A stretch of DNA of 41,861 bases, taken from the IMG/VR virus record IMGVR_UViG_3300043473_000010, positions 1-41,861 of that record; one strand, given 5' to 3'. Under the pieces are notes generated by a model that worked only from the letters and a program-made list of their open reading frames with translations, did no database searches and was not told the origin of the DNA. Made by a program: the position numbers and the translations under genes. Of the stretch, positions 17,124 to 25,396 are shown piece after piece (the first letter of the stretch is position 1; each line of letters starts with the position of its first letter). Origin of the DNA: a virus. Its lineage: Duplodnaviria > Caudoviricetes.

Positions 17124-19184
17124 ATGGCAAATCCCTGGGAAGAGTACGCACCGACTACTGGCGCTCCGTGGGACGAGTACAAGTCTTCGGCCCCCGCTGC
17201 GCCTGCACCTGCTCCACAGTCCACGTGGCAGCAGATAAAGAGTATGGTGCCGAAGCTGCCCTATGGTGAGGCACTGGAGGCCGGGGCGGGCCTTGTTTCA
17301 GGTGCCGTCGCGCCCGCAGTGGCAGGTCTCGCTGGAATTGGCAGCTCCATCTACAATCTGGATGCGAGCAAGGGCGCGGACACGACTCGCGATGTACAGG
17401 ACGCCCTCACCTACGAGCCGCAGTCCAAGAATGCCCAGATGGCGTTGCACGTTCTCGGGTTGCCGGGTGAGTATCTTGCCAAGGGAGCCAACGCTGCGGG
17501 TGAGTGGACTGCTGAAAAGACGGGTAGCCCGTTGGTGGGCTCCATGGTCAACACAGCCATCAACGCTGTTCCACTGGCACTGGGGACCAAACTTCCGGGT
17601 ATGAAAGCATCGGTGTTTGAAAAGGCGGTGCCCGTCGGTGCTCCTAACAAGGCAATGGCTCAGGCGCTGCTGAAGACAGCGAATGAGTCTGGCGAAAGTC
17701 TTTACGGCCACCAGTATGTTCCGCTAGATGCGAGCGCCACTGTTCACCAGATGCCGCTGAGTAAGTATCACGAGCAACTGGTTAAAGAAGCAGGGCGGGA
17801 TGCGCTAGACCAACTGGAGGTTTCCGAATACGCGCACACGTTCCATCCGTCTACGGGCAAGGGATTCAGCACTTCAGGAGAGCAGCTGACTCCGAGTAAC
17901 TGGTCCAAGTTGGCGGACAAGGACGGTAAAGTCTATGTTTCCAGTGCGGACGAGAACAAGGTGTACGCGCTGACGAAAGATGTAAAGGATGACGCGACGC
18001 TGCATAGTACGCTCAGTAAGGTGGCCGACAAGGTTGAGGCCGATGAAAAGGTGGCGGCTGCGAACCGGGCAGGCTTCAAGGTGCCGTCCGGGAACACGGG
18101 CATCGTTAATAGGACGATGGAAACTATCGGGGGTAAGAAAGAACTGGCGCGGGAATACAGCGAATACAATCAACCCGTCGTGCAGGAAAAGGCCCGCAGG
18201 GAAGCGGGACTGGCCCCCGATGAAGACATCAACCTGGACACGCTCTCGGCAGCGCGGGATACACATGCGGCCCCGTATCGCGAAGTCGCCAAGGCTGTAG
18301 AAGGTGCCCCGTATACGGAAGTTCCACCGCGTCCGGGCACCGGACCGGGAACAAGCATACCCGCTGAGGTCACAACCCCCGGTATGACGATTACCCCAGA
18401 GTTTCGCGCCAAAGTAGGTGGCGAGGCGGACAGGGTACGTGCTAAGATAGCGGAGGACCCCGAGGCTTTCAAGTCTTTGGAGCCTTCGCTCAAGCTGCTC
18501 GATTCCGCCCTCCGTAAGAGCGAGATGAATCCTGAATTTGTGGTGGACAGGATTACGCAGTTGCGTTCCGACGCTAAGAAGGGATTCGAATCCCGGACTG
18601 CTTCCACCGTAGAGAAGGCCCGTACTCAATTGGAGCTCGCCAACAATATTGAAGCATTGGTGGAGCAGAACCTCAAGGAGAAGGGGGATATTGGGGCGCT
18701 TACACGTTTTCGTGAAGCTCGTACCAAGATTGCCAAGACCTACGATGTGGAGAAGGCTACACTGGCGACGGGTGAGGTCGTACCCAAGGCGCTCGCGAAT
18801 GCGCGGCACAAGGGCACGAAGATATCTGGTGAGCTAGGGGAAATTGCTGACTTGGCGAGGGACTTTCCAGAGGCCGCACAGGTTCCATCCCGTGCGCCCA
18901 CGACAGCCATTAATCCAGTGGACCTTGGGATGGCCGTGCTTGGACACACCATTAATCCTGCCGGATGGGCTTCTAAAGTCTGGGCCGGTAGCCGTGCGCC
19001 TGCCCGTGCTATAATTAAGAGCGATTGGTATCAGAAGGCGCTCAAGGCCGAACCCAAGCTCGGTGAAAAACTGCTGAAGGCTTCGCAGCAAGAGGGTGTG
19101 ATTCCGGGACTTGAATCACTGGGATTGAGTGAACACCGCAAGGAACTCTTGCGTCAGCTGTTAGAAGAAGGAGCACCGCAATGA
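17124..19184 (+). CDS. Putative large ejection (internal virion) protein
   Basis: N-terminal NPWEEY/APWDEY repeats, Gly/Ala-rich hydrophobic segments, position before tail fibre. Confidence 0.65.
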   Translation: MANPWEEYAPTTGAPWDEYKSSAPAAPAPAPQSTWQQIKSMVPKLPYGEALEAGAGLVSGAVAPAVAGLAGIGSSIYNLDASKGADTTRDVQDALTYEPQSKNAQMALHVLGLPGEYLAKGANAAGEWTAEKTGSPLVGSMVNTAINAVPLALGTKLPGMKASVFEKAVPVGAPNKAMAQALLKTANESGESLYGHQYVPLDASATVHQMPLSKYHEQLVKEAGRDALDQLEVSEYAHTFHPSTGKGFSTSGEQLTPSNWSKLADKDGKVYVSSADENKVYALTKDVKDDATLHSTLSKVADKVEADEKVAAANRAGFKVPSGNTGIVNRTMETIGGKKELAREYSEYNQPVVQEKARREAGLAPDEDINLDTLSAARDTHAAPYREVAKAVEGAPYTEVPPRPGTGPGTSIPAEVTTPGMTITPEFRAKVGGEADRVRAKIAEDPEAFKSLEPSLKLLDSALRKSEMNPEFVVDRITQLRSDAKKGFESRTASTVEKARTQLELANNIEALVEQNLKEKGDIGALTRFREARTKIAKTYDVEKATLATGEVVPKALANARHKGTKISGELGEIADLARDFPEAAQVPSRAPTTAINPVDLGMAVLGHTINPAGWASKVWAGSRAPARAIIKSDWYQKALKAEPKLGEKLLKASQQEGVIPGLESLGLSEHRKELLRQLLEEGAPQ

Positions 19185-20791
19185 GCCGCGACGCATCAGG
19201 TAACTTCAATCTCCCGGCAGGCAACCCGGTACTCACCAACACGGTGATCGAAAGCCAGTGGGCGAACCCCACGATGGCGGACATTGCGGCGGGCCTGACT
19301 GACAGCCTGTCACGCTCAGGCAAGGGCGGGATGGCCGCGCCACTGGCGATGGGCGGGTACAAGATCACCGCCCTCGCTGCGGCTACAATCGGTACCGATG
19401 CGCCGCAGGCGTTGCAACTCCGGGACGCCACGTTCAACCGGCTCTTCCCCTGTACTTCGGACGCCACCGGCAACAACTATTCCGGCGTGGCCGTACTCAC
19501 AGCCCCGCTTGTCAACGGCTCTACATTCCTGTTCGTAGCCGACAAGACCAACACGGGAGCAATGTCCCTTCAGGTCAACGCCGGTGCGGTGATACCCATC
19601 TTCATGAATGGCGCGGCCATTCCACCGGGTATCATCCTGTCCGGTGCCGTCATCAGCGTGATGTTCCTGGACCTCACGTGGCGGCTGACCAATACGGCGG
19701 GCATCGTCGGTACGGTGAACTCGGTGCAGTCGGACAACCTGCCCGCCATCAGCGTCACCAATGACTTCGCCAATGCGGTTGCGGTCCTCAACATCCACGC
19801 GAACATTTCCAACGGCCTCGCGCAGTTGGACAGCAACGCGAAGATACCCATCGCACAGATGCCGTTCACGGCGCTGCGCTTCGTTGGGTACTGGAACGCG
19901 GGGCCGGGTACACTGCCTCCCGTCGGGGTCAATGGTGATTTCTACACCATCAGTGGCGCGGGCAACCTGACACTCTTCCGCGTCAGCAGCGGAAACAACT
20001 ACACCGCTCAAGTCACGGCGGTGAACGTTGGCGATAACATCGTCTACAACACGATTGGCACCGCCGCTCAGCCGGTGGGATGGTACTTCTCGCCTGCGCC
20101 CGGTACAGTGGTCACGGCAGCGAATGTTACCGTCGTCCCGACGCCGAGCCTGCCCGGTGCGTCCAACGCTCAGGCGTGGTTCAATCAAGCAGACCCCATC
20201 ATTGCCGGGAAGTTGAGCAAGTCTGGCGGCACGATGACGGGGCCAATACTCCAGCCCGCTGCACCGGCCTCCGCGCAGGCGCTCGCGAACAAGCAATACG
20301 TGGACGATACGCTCGCCTCCATACCGGCAGCGGTGAACTCCTTCAACACGCGCACGGGTGCAATAACACTCATATCGGCAGACGTTACTTCCGCACTGGG
20401 CTTCGTACCTGCGAACTCCACTGGGCAGGCTTTCACCGGCCCCGTCAGTGCCACGGCATTCACTTCCCCCGGAACGTACACGGGCAAGGGATATTCGCAG
20501 ACGGCACTGGTCGCGCCCTCCGCTGCCTCGCAGGCGCTGGACTACGGTAACGGGCAGTCGCAGATTCTTACACTTTCTGCCGCGACTGTGTTTACGGCCA
20601 TCAGTAACATCCCCGTGGGCACGGTCTTGCGGCTGACGTTGATTGGCACCAACTTCGCGATCACGTGGCCTGCATCCATCCACTGGCCGCTCGGCGCTGT
20701 GCCGGATCTGACGCTTGGACCGCTCAAGAAGGCCATCGTGGTTATCGAAAACGACGGTACAACGCTGCTCGCCTCTTCGGCTGCGTACTGA
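19181..20791 (+). CDS. Tail fibre/spike protein
   Basis: N-terminal MSRD.SG.F.LPAGNPV...WAN.TM.DIA..LT.SL anchor; GGTMTG, ANKQYVD, VNSFNTRTGAITL fibre motifs. Confidence 0.85.
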   Translation: MSRDASGNFNLPAGNPVLTNTVIESQWANPTMADIAAGLTDSLSRSGKGGMAAPLAMGGYKITALAAATIGTDAPQALQLRDATFNRLFPCTSDATGNNYSGVAVLTAPLVNGSTFLFVADKTNTGAMSLQVNAGAVIPIFMNGAAIPPGIILSGAVISVMFLDLTWRLTNTAGIVGTVNSVQSDNLPAISVTNDFANAVAVLNIHANISNGLAQLDSNAKIPIAQMPFTALRFVGYWNAGPGTLPPVGVNGDFYTISGAGNLTLFRVSSGNNYTAQVTAVNVGDNIVYNTIGTAAQPVGWYFSPAPGTVVTAANVTVVPTPSLPGASNAQAWFNQADPIIAGKLSKSGGTMTGPILQPAAPASAQALANKQYVDDTLASIPAAVNSFNTRTGAITLISADVTSALGFVPANSTGQAFTGPVSATAFTSPGTYTGKGYSQTALVAPSAASQALDYGNGQSQILTLSAATVFTAISNIPVGTVLRLTLIGTNFAITWPASIHWPLGAVPDLTLGPLKKAIVVIENDGTTLLASSAAY

Positions 20792-22374
20792 TGGCAACCC
20801 CCAAAAACTTCCTGCTAGTTCAAGGCGACAATCAAGTCGCCGCACCAGGAACGAACTTTGCTGACGCAGTGTTGTTCCGGGCGTATGACACGACCGGCAC
20901 ACCCATGCCGAACGAGCCGGTGATTTGGGGCACCGCAGTAGCCGAACCAACCGGGGTATTCATTTCCACCGGCACCCGCAACTTCTCCGCCAACACGGAC
21001 GCGAACGGTTATGCGTGGTCCGGTGGCTTCAACGGAGGCGGAAGTAACCTGCGGGCCGGTTCGCAGGTAGGAACGTGGCTAGGGGCTGTTCAGTTCGTAC
21101 GCGATACTACCATCAACGGCATCTGGTCAATGACCAATGGTGGTGCTGACCCAGTGCCGAAGACACTCGCCATCACCAATGCCGGTGGCGCTCGTGCAGC
21201 ACTGAATTCAGCCTATCCGCAGTTGCAGGTGGAGGTCCGGGACCAGAATAATGCCGTACTCCCCGGTGTGGTCGTACAGGCTTCCGTGCCATCTGGTCAC
21301 GGTACGTTCACTGGTGGAGTGCTGACCGCTAATGCGACTACGAATTCACTTGGCGTTGCGAGCTTCCCCACGTTCACGGCAAACAATGTCACGGGGTCGT
21401 TCACCGTTACCGCCAACGTTCCTACTGCTCCGGGCGTAGCTGCCGTCACGACAGCGTGGACTACGGTGGACCCGGCGATACCGACCACCGTTCAGGCCGT
21501 GAGCGGTAACGCACAACAGGCGGCAGTCAGCACATCCTTCTCCAAGGCGCTAAAGGTCAACGTGACCAATGCCCTTGGCAATCCTGTGACAGGTGTATCC
21601 GTTACCTTTGCGGGGCCGGGGTCTGGTGCCTCTTGCACGTTCCCCACTCTGGCGCGGCTTGCCTCCACGGTTGCAGTCACAGATTCGAGCGGTAATGCCA
21701 CCAGTTCCATTCCGGCCGCTAATGCATTGACGGGCACGTACTTTGTTCAGGCGACCGTACCGGGTGCGACGGCAGGACAGTTTCAGCTCACCAACGGGGT
21801 GTCGTTCCAACCGGAAGTTTGCACGACCCTCGCTGCACCAATCGCTGCCTCCAATCAAGGTGGCAACACCAACTCGTGGATTAATGTCAACAATTCGTTC
21901 AACGGTAACTCCACCGGGGCGAATGTCACCACTGCGCTTGCAGAGTCGGCGAAGGTTCTGGTGGTGGCTCCGGCCACGTTAGCTTCATTGGACCCCATAG
22001 CCGATGATGCGAAGATTACCAAGTTCATGTTCGAGTGGGACCAACGAGGCACCCGTGCCGTGGGAGCCACGTACTACGTGACCATGCAGGTGGGACTGTA
22101 CGACACGGCCACCAAACGGGGAAACATTGCTCAGCAGAGCCCCGCAGATTCCTTCACACACCAGACGGCCACCGTCAGTACGTTTTCCAGCCCCACTACT
22201 ATCAGTGGCGCTCAGCTCAAGGCGGGCAACTTCGGTATTGGCTTCAGCGCCAATGGAACAAGCGGCGCGGCGGGCACTCTGTATGTCCGCAACGTGAAGA
22301 TGTCCATCTGCTACCAGAACCCGAACACTCCCCCGGCCACCGTGTCGGTTCCGCTGTTGCTTTGCGAAGTATAG
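20791..22374 (+). CDS. Virion protein with tandem bacterial Ig-like (Big-1/invasin-type) domains
   Basis: TGATG coupling gives start 20791; three repeats of G.nQ.A...F...l.v.v.d..gnp..Gv.V.f...TD..G.A. Confidence 0.75.
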   Translation: MATPKNFLLVQGDNQVAAPGTNFADAVLFRAYDTTGTPMPNEPVIWGTAVAEPTGVFISTGTRNFSANTDANGYAWSGGFNGGGSNLRAGSQVGTWLGAVQFVRDTTINGIWSMTNGGADPVPKTLAITNAGGARAALNSAYPQLQVEVRDQNNAVLPGVVVQASVPSGHGTFTGGVLTANATTNSLGVASFPTFTANNVTGSFTVTANVPTAPGVAAVTTAWTTVDPAIPTTVQAVSGNAQQAAVSTSFSKALKVNVTNALGNPVTGVSVTFAGPGSGASCTFPTLARLASTVAVTDSSGNATSSIPAANALTGTYFVQATVPGATAGQFQLTNGVSFQPEVCTTLAAPIAASNQGGNTNSWINVNNSFNGNSTGANVTTALAESAKVLVVAPATLASLDPIADDAKITKFMFEWDQRGTRAVGATYYVTMQVGLYDTATKRGNIAQQSPADSFTHQTATVSTFSSPTTISGAQLKAGNFGIGFSANGTSGAAGTLYVRNVKMSICYQNPNTPPATVSVPLLLCEV

Positions 22375-22382
22375 GAGGCATC

Positions 22383-22550
22383 ATGTCAATAGGACTGCTG
22401 TTCTGGATTCTCATGCTGTTCTGGGTCATCGGCTACGGCTATTTCACCTCTCGCGGGCCGGTGGCGTGGCCGATGGTGGGGCCGAACATCCTGTTCTTCA
22501 TCCTGCTGCTCTGTCTGGGCTGGAAGGTGTTCGGTAGCCCCATTCAGTAG
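22383..22550 (+). CDS. Small two-TM membrane protein, holin candidate
   Basis: AGGAGG RBS; MSIGLLFWILMLFWVIGYG...ILFFILLLCLGWKVFG. Confidence 0.65.
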   Translation: MSIGLLFWILMLFWVIGYGYFTSRGPVAWPMVGPNILFFILLLCLGWKVFGSPIQ

Positions 22551-22684
22551 TGACCGATAGCGGTAAACCTGTTGAAGTGCGTCTTGCATTGTTGGAGGCG
22601 CGGATGAAGCTGGTCGTCCTGGCATTGGAAGGGATGATCATTGCGTTCGTTACTGCGCTAATCGCTTACTTCTTTAAAGGATAG
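22550..22684 (+). CDS. 44-aa single-TM protein, XhlA/holin-like candidate (not in ORF track)
   Basis: GTG overlapping previous stop; MTDSGKPVEVRLALLEARMKLVVLALEGMIIAFVTALIAYFFKG, a short coiled coil plus C-terminal TM. Confidence 0.55.
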   Translation: MTDSGKPVEVRLALLEARMKLVVLALEGMIIAFVTALIAYFFKG

Positions 22685-22692
22685 GGACTCCT

Positions 22693-23337
22693 ATGAAGTA
22701 CATCGTCTTCGGCCTGTGCGTCACACTTACCGGGTGCGCCACCACTCTTGATCCGAACTACGCACTCCAGTTGGAAAGCTACCGGCTGACGATCTCGGCG
22801 CAGCAGTCCGTGGAGATCGCCAAGGCGAATGCCGAAGCTGCCCGGTACGCTGCAATGGCGGCAATCGCAGAACGTGCGGATGCCCAGACCAAGAGCATGG
22901 CGTTGTTCGCATTGGCGCTGTCGGGGCGTGGTGAATCTGCTGCCCGCCCGGTGGAGGTTCAGCTTCCACGTATACCGGAGACGCAAGAGGACCGTGCGCT
23001 GAAGTGGGCCAGTGTGTTCGCCGGGCCAACGACAGCCTTGGTCACTTCCTACTTCGGCTACCAGTTGGGTAAGACGCAGAGCAACAATCAGGCGGCTACG
23101 ACACAGAGCTCCTACGCCGCACTGGTTTCCATGAAGCCCGTACAGCCCCCGTTTGTACCGACGACGCAGACCATCAACACCATCACGACCAACACCGACG
23201 CGTGGGTTACGAACCGTGACGGACTCGTGATTGTGGGAGGGGCACAACCAACGTCAGGCTCGCAGGACAATAGCACGCGGCCCGTCGTGGTTCCACCCGT
23301 CGTACCCATCGTACCCGTCGTGGTGACGAATCCCTAA
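22693..23337 (+). CDS. Lipoprotein
   Basis: Signal peptide II with lipobox LTGC; helical body; Pro/Val-rich tail. Confidence 0.75.
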   Translation: MKYIVFGLCVTLTGCATTLDPNYALQLESYRLTISAQQSVEIAKANAEAARYAAMAAIAERADAQTKSMALFALALSGRGESAARPVEVQLPRIPETQEDRALKWASVFAGPTTALVTSYFGYQLGKTQSNNQAATTQSSYAALVSMKPVQPPFVPTTQTINTITTNTDAWVTNRDGLVIVGGAQPTSGSQDNSTRPVVVPPVVPIVPVVVTNP

Positions 23338-23473
23338 GGTACTTCAGTAGGGCGTTGTTCTGCTCTATATTGGCCGCTATCTTCGGGGCGTGCCTGCGGA
23401 TTGTTCGCGCTATCAGTTCTGATAGTGTCAGGTGCGCGATACGCACCCAGTACAGCCGCTTGGCTTTCTTCAA
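23207..23473 (-). CDS. Small protein resembling the major capsid N-terminal arm
   Basis: TTG start with GGGAGG RBS; residues 18-46 align ungapped to capsid residues 9-37 with 14/29 identities. Confidence 0.6.
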   Translation of the reverse strand: MKKAKRLYWVRIAHLTLSELIARTIRRHAPKIAANIEQNNALLKYLRDSSPRRVRWVRRVEPRRAACYCPASLTLVVPLPQSRVRHGS

Positions 23474-23478
23474 AGCTC

Positions 23479-23543
23479 AGCCCTCCCCGGAAGCATTGCA
23501 CGACCGGGAAGGGCTTCGCCACTACAGCTCCCACCACAGGAGT
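23479..23543 (-). ncRNA. Putative trans-acting antisense sRNA / leader RNA
   Basis: Begins just after a sigma70-like promoter; 5' ACUCCUGUGGUGGGAG is complementary to the RBS motif of ten - strand genes; 3' GC-rich hairpin 23479-23515. Confidence 0.6.
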
Positions 23544-23550
23544 GAAACAA

Positions 23551-23579
23551 AGTATGGCATAATCCCCCGCAAAACGCAA
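23551..23579 (-). promoter_or_regulatory. sigma70-like promoter with extended -10
   Basis: Minus strand TTGCGT - 17 bp - CATACT, with TGn preceding the -10. Confidence 0.7.
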
Positions 23580-23676
23580 GCATTCGTTCCATTACAGCAT
23601 GACACCGAATAAAAGCGGGCTTTTGGGGCATTATTTTTGGGCCGGGTAGGGTAGGGTATGTACCGTTTGGCCGTGC

Positions 23677-23880
23677 TTATGGCGACCCGTTTGATGGCTC
23701 TGGCTTGGCTTCCCAGTAGGCACCCGTGGGGCCGCAATGGGGGATTTGCGGGTTTTCCACGTAGGTACGTGTCATGTAGCAGTCCGCAGGGTCCCCCGTC
23801 ACGTTATCAACCAGTTCGGGGTGGCCGCACTGGTTGATTTCCTTGTAGTGCTTGCACTGTTTGCAGATGCGGAGGGCCAT
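23677..23880 (-). CDS. Small Cys-rich hypothetical protein
   Basis: CKQCKH...C.HP...C...R...CGPTG; coupled to the upstream gene. Confidence 0.7.
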   Translation of the reverse strand: MALRICKQCKHYKEINQCGHPELVDNVTGDPADCYMTRTYVENPQIPHCGPTGAYWEAKPEPSNGSP

Positions 23881-24350
23881 TACCTGTCCTGGTTCACGTA
23901 GGCCGGGGTGGCATCACCCTCCGAAACCTTTGCCGCGATGTCTTCGCACTCTATCGCGTTGTGGTGCGCCCACGGCGGCTCAAACTCCTGGCAGTGTATC
24001 TTCGTGCGGCAGCGCCCACAGGTATAGAGGAAGCCTTCCTTGTGAGAACCCTCAAATACGAAGCCGACCCACCCGCTAGGTTTCACGTACTGGAGGAACT
24101 CTGCAAACGTGGGCTGCGGCACCGACTGGCGCACGGGATGTTTCTCTGCAAGCTCAATCATCTTGTCGATAAAGTGCCGCGCTTTGCGTAGGTCGTTCGA
24201 GCCGCCCTTGTCGCGATAGCGCATGATGTACTTGATAGTCTGCGCTTGGAAGTAGTCCCACCCGTGGATGACCACGAGGTTCCAGTGCTGAAACTCTGGC
24301 GGGCACTTCTTGTAGTGCGAACCGTCTTCTTGGTGAGTGTCAACATTCAC
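23880..24350 (-). CDS. DUF3310-like protein with C-terminal Cys/His motif
   Basis: Q..GSHY, IKYIMRYRDKGG..DLRKA..FIDKMIE. Confidence 0.8.
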   Translation of the reverse strand: MNVDTHQEDGSHYKKCPPEFQHWNLVVIHGWDYFQAQTIKYIMRYRDKGGSNDLRKARHFIDKMIELAEKHPVRQSVPQPTFAEFLQYVKPSGWVGFVFEGSHKEGFLYTCGRCRTKIHCQEFEPPWAHHNAIECEDIAAKVSEGDATPAYVNQDR

Positions 24351-25375
24351 TGATCTTCTCCAATGTGCCCGTGGTGAGGCTGACCAAATTCCCGGTCAGC
24401 TTTTTCTTTCAGATACCTCCGCTCCAACCATTCGTAACAGGCGACGCCCCAGTCGCAGCCGGGTATGGCCCCGATACAGCCTAGCGCCGCTTCCCATTCC
24501 CCCGCCTTGTGGAAGCCCCACGCGTCCCATATGCGGCACACGTACTCGGTGAAGTAACTGGTGATAAAGTGGTGGCTTTCCTCCGGGTTGGCTAGGAACA
24601 TCGCCAAGTCCTCATCGAACTCGTCAACAGTGCAGAGCATGGGGAGCGCCCGCATGTTGTTTGTCAGGTAACGGTCATCCGAATGCGGAACGAAGGACAG
24701 CTTTTCGTACTGCTCGTTCAAGTAAACGTGGGCGTTGAAGCTGACCTGGTGATACAGCCCCACGGGCACGCCAACTCTGCGAGCCATGTACTCCTGCAGG
24801 AATGCGAAGTGTACGGCATTGGCCCCGCACATTCCCCAGATGATGTCGTTGCTGCGGTTGGTCACCATCATGTCCAACCTGCCGTCGTTGACCTGAAACA
24901 TGGCGCTCAGGTTGCAGGGGATGTCTTTACGCCCCTCCTCCAGTGTGAGGTCCTTTGCCGGGTCCCACATCGTAACCACTGCTCGCCGCGACGTAGAGTC
25001 TTCTTGGAGCAGCCGCGCCGCAACGGTTAGCTGATCATAATCCCAGTGCTGCCGCCACCGATAGCCGTAGGCACCCTCCAGTATGACCCCGTCATCGCTG
25101 TACTCCTTCATACGGGGCAGAAATTTGGCGAGAAACTCTACGTCCTCCCGCCCGCCAAGCATCCACAGTGCCTCCATAAAGTGGAAGAATGGGTTGGCGT
25201 CGCGCATGGGGTTGAACAGTACCCGCTCCTGCGGATGAGTGTACGTGACGCATACCGGGGCGTTGAGCTTCAGGGCGGGGCCGTTGCGGGTATCGACCTT
25301 GACGCTACTGGTCTTCACACGCCAGAGCATATCGCACAGCGCACCGTTGACATTCCGTGCTATGACTACGTGCAT
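24347..25375 (-). CDS. Thymidylate synthase homolog, probable dUMP hydroxymethylase
   Basis: GAYGYRW, SRRAV, catalytic DIPCN, RSNDIIWG..GAN (Asn indicates dUMP specificity), NAHVY. Confidence 0.85.
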   Translation of the reverse strand: MHVVIARNVNGALCDMLWRVKTSSVKVDTRNGPALKLNAPVCVTYTHPQERVLFNPMRDANPFFHFMEALWMLGGREDVEFLAKFLPRMKEYSDDGVILEGAYGYRWRQHWDYDQLTVAARLLQEDSTSRRAVVTMWDPAKDLTLEEGRKDIPCNLSAMFQVNDGRLDMMVTNRSNDIIWGMCGANAVHFAFLQEYMARRVGVPVGLYHQVSFNAHVYLNEQYEKLSFVPHSDDRYLTNNMRALPMLCTVDEFDEDLAMFLANPEESHHFITSYFTEYVCRIWDAWGFHKAGEWEAALGCIGAIPGCDWGVACYEWLERRYLKEKADREFGQPHHGHIGEDQ

Positions 25376-25396
25376 CGCTTTCTCCTTGTGGTGGGA

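Noticed and set aside
20665-20790. ORF-track N-terminal extension of the Ig-like protein
   Set aside because: Overlaps the tail fibre gene; TGATG coupling supports 20791
19181-22374. Diversity-generating retroelement acting on fibre genes
   Set aside because: No reverse transcriptase and no template/variable repeat pair noticed
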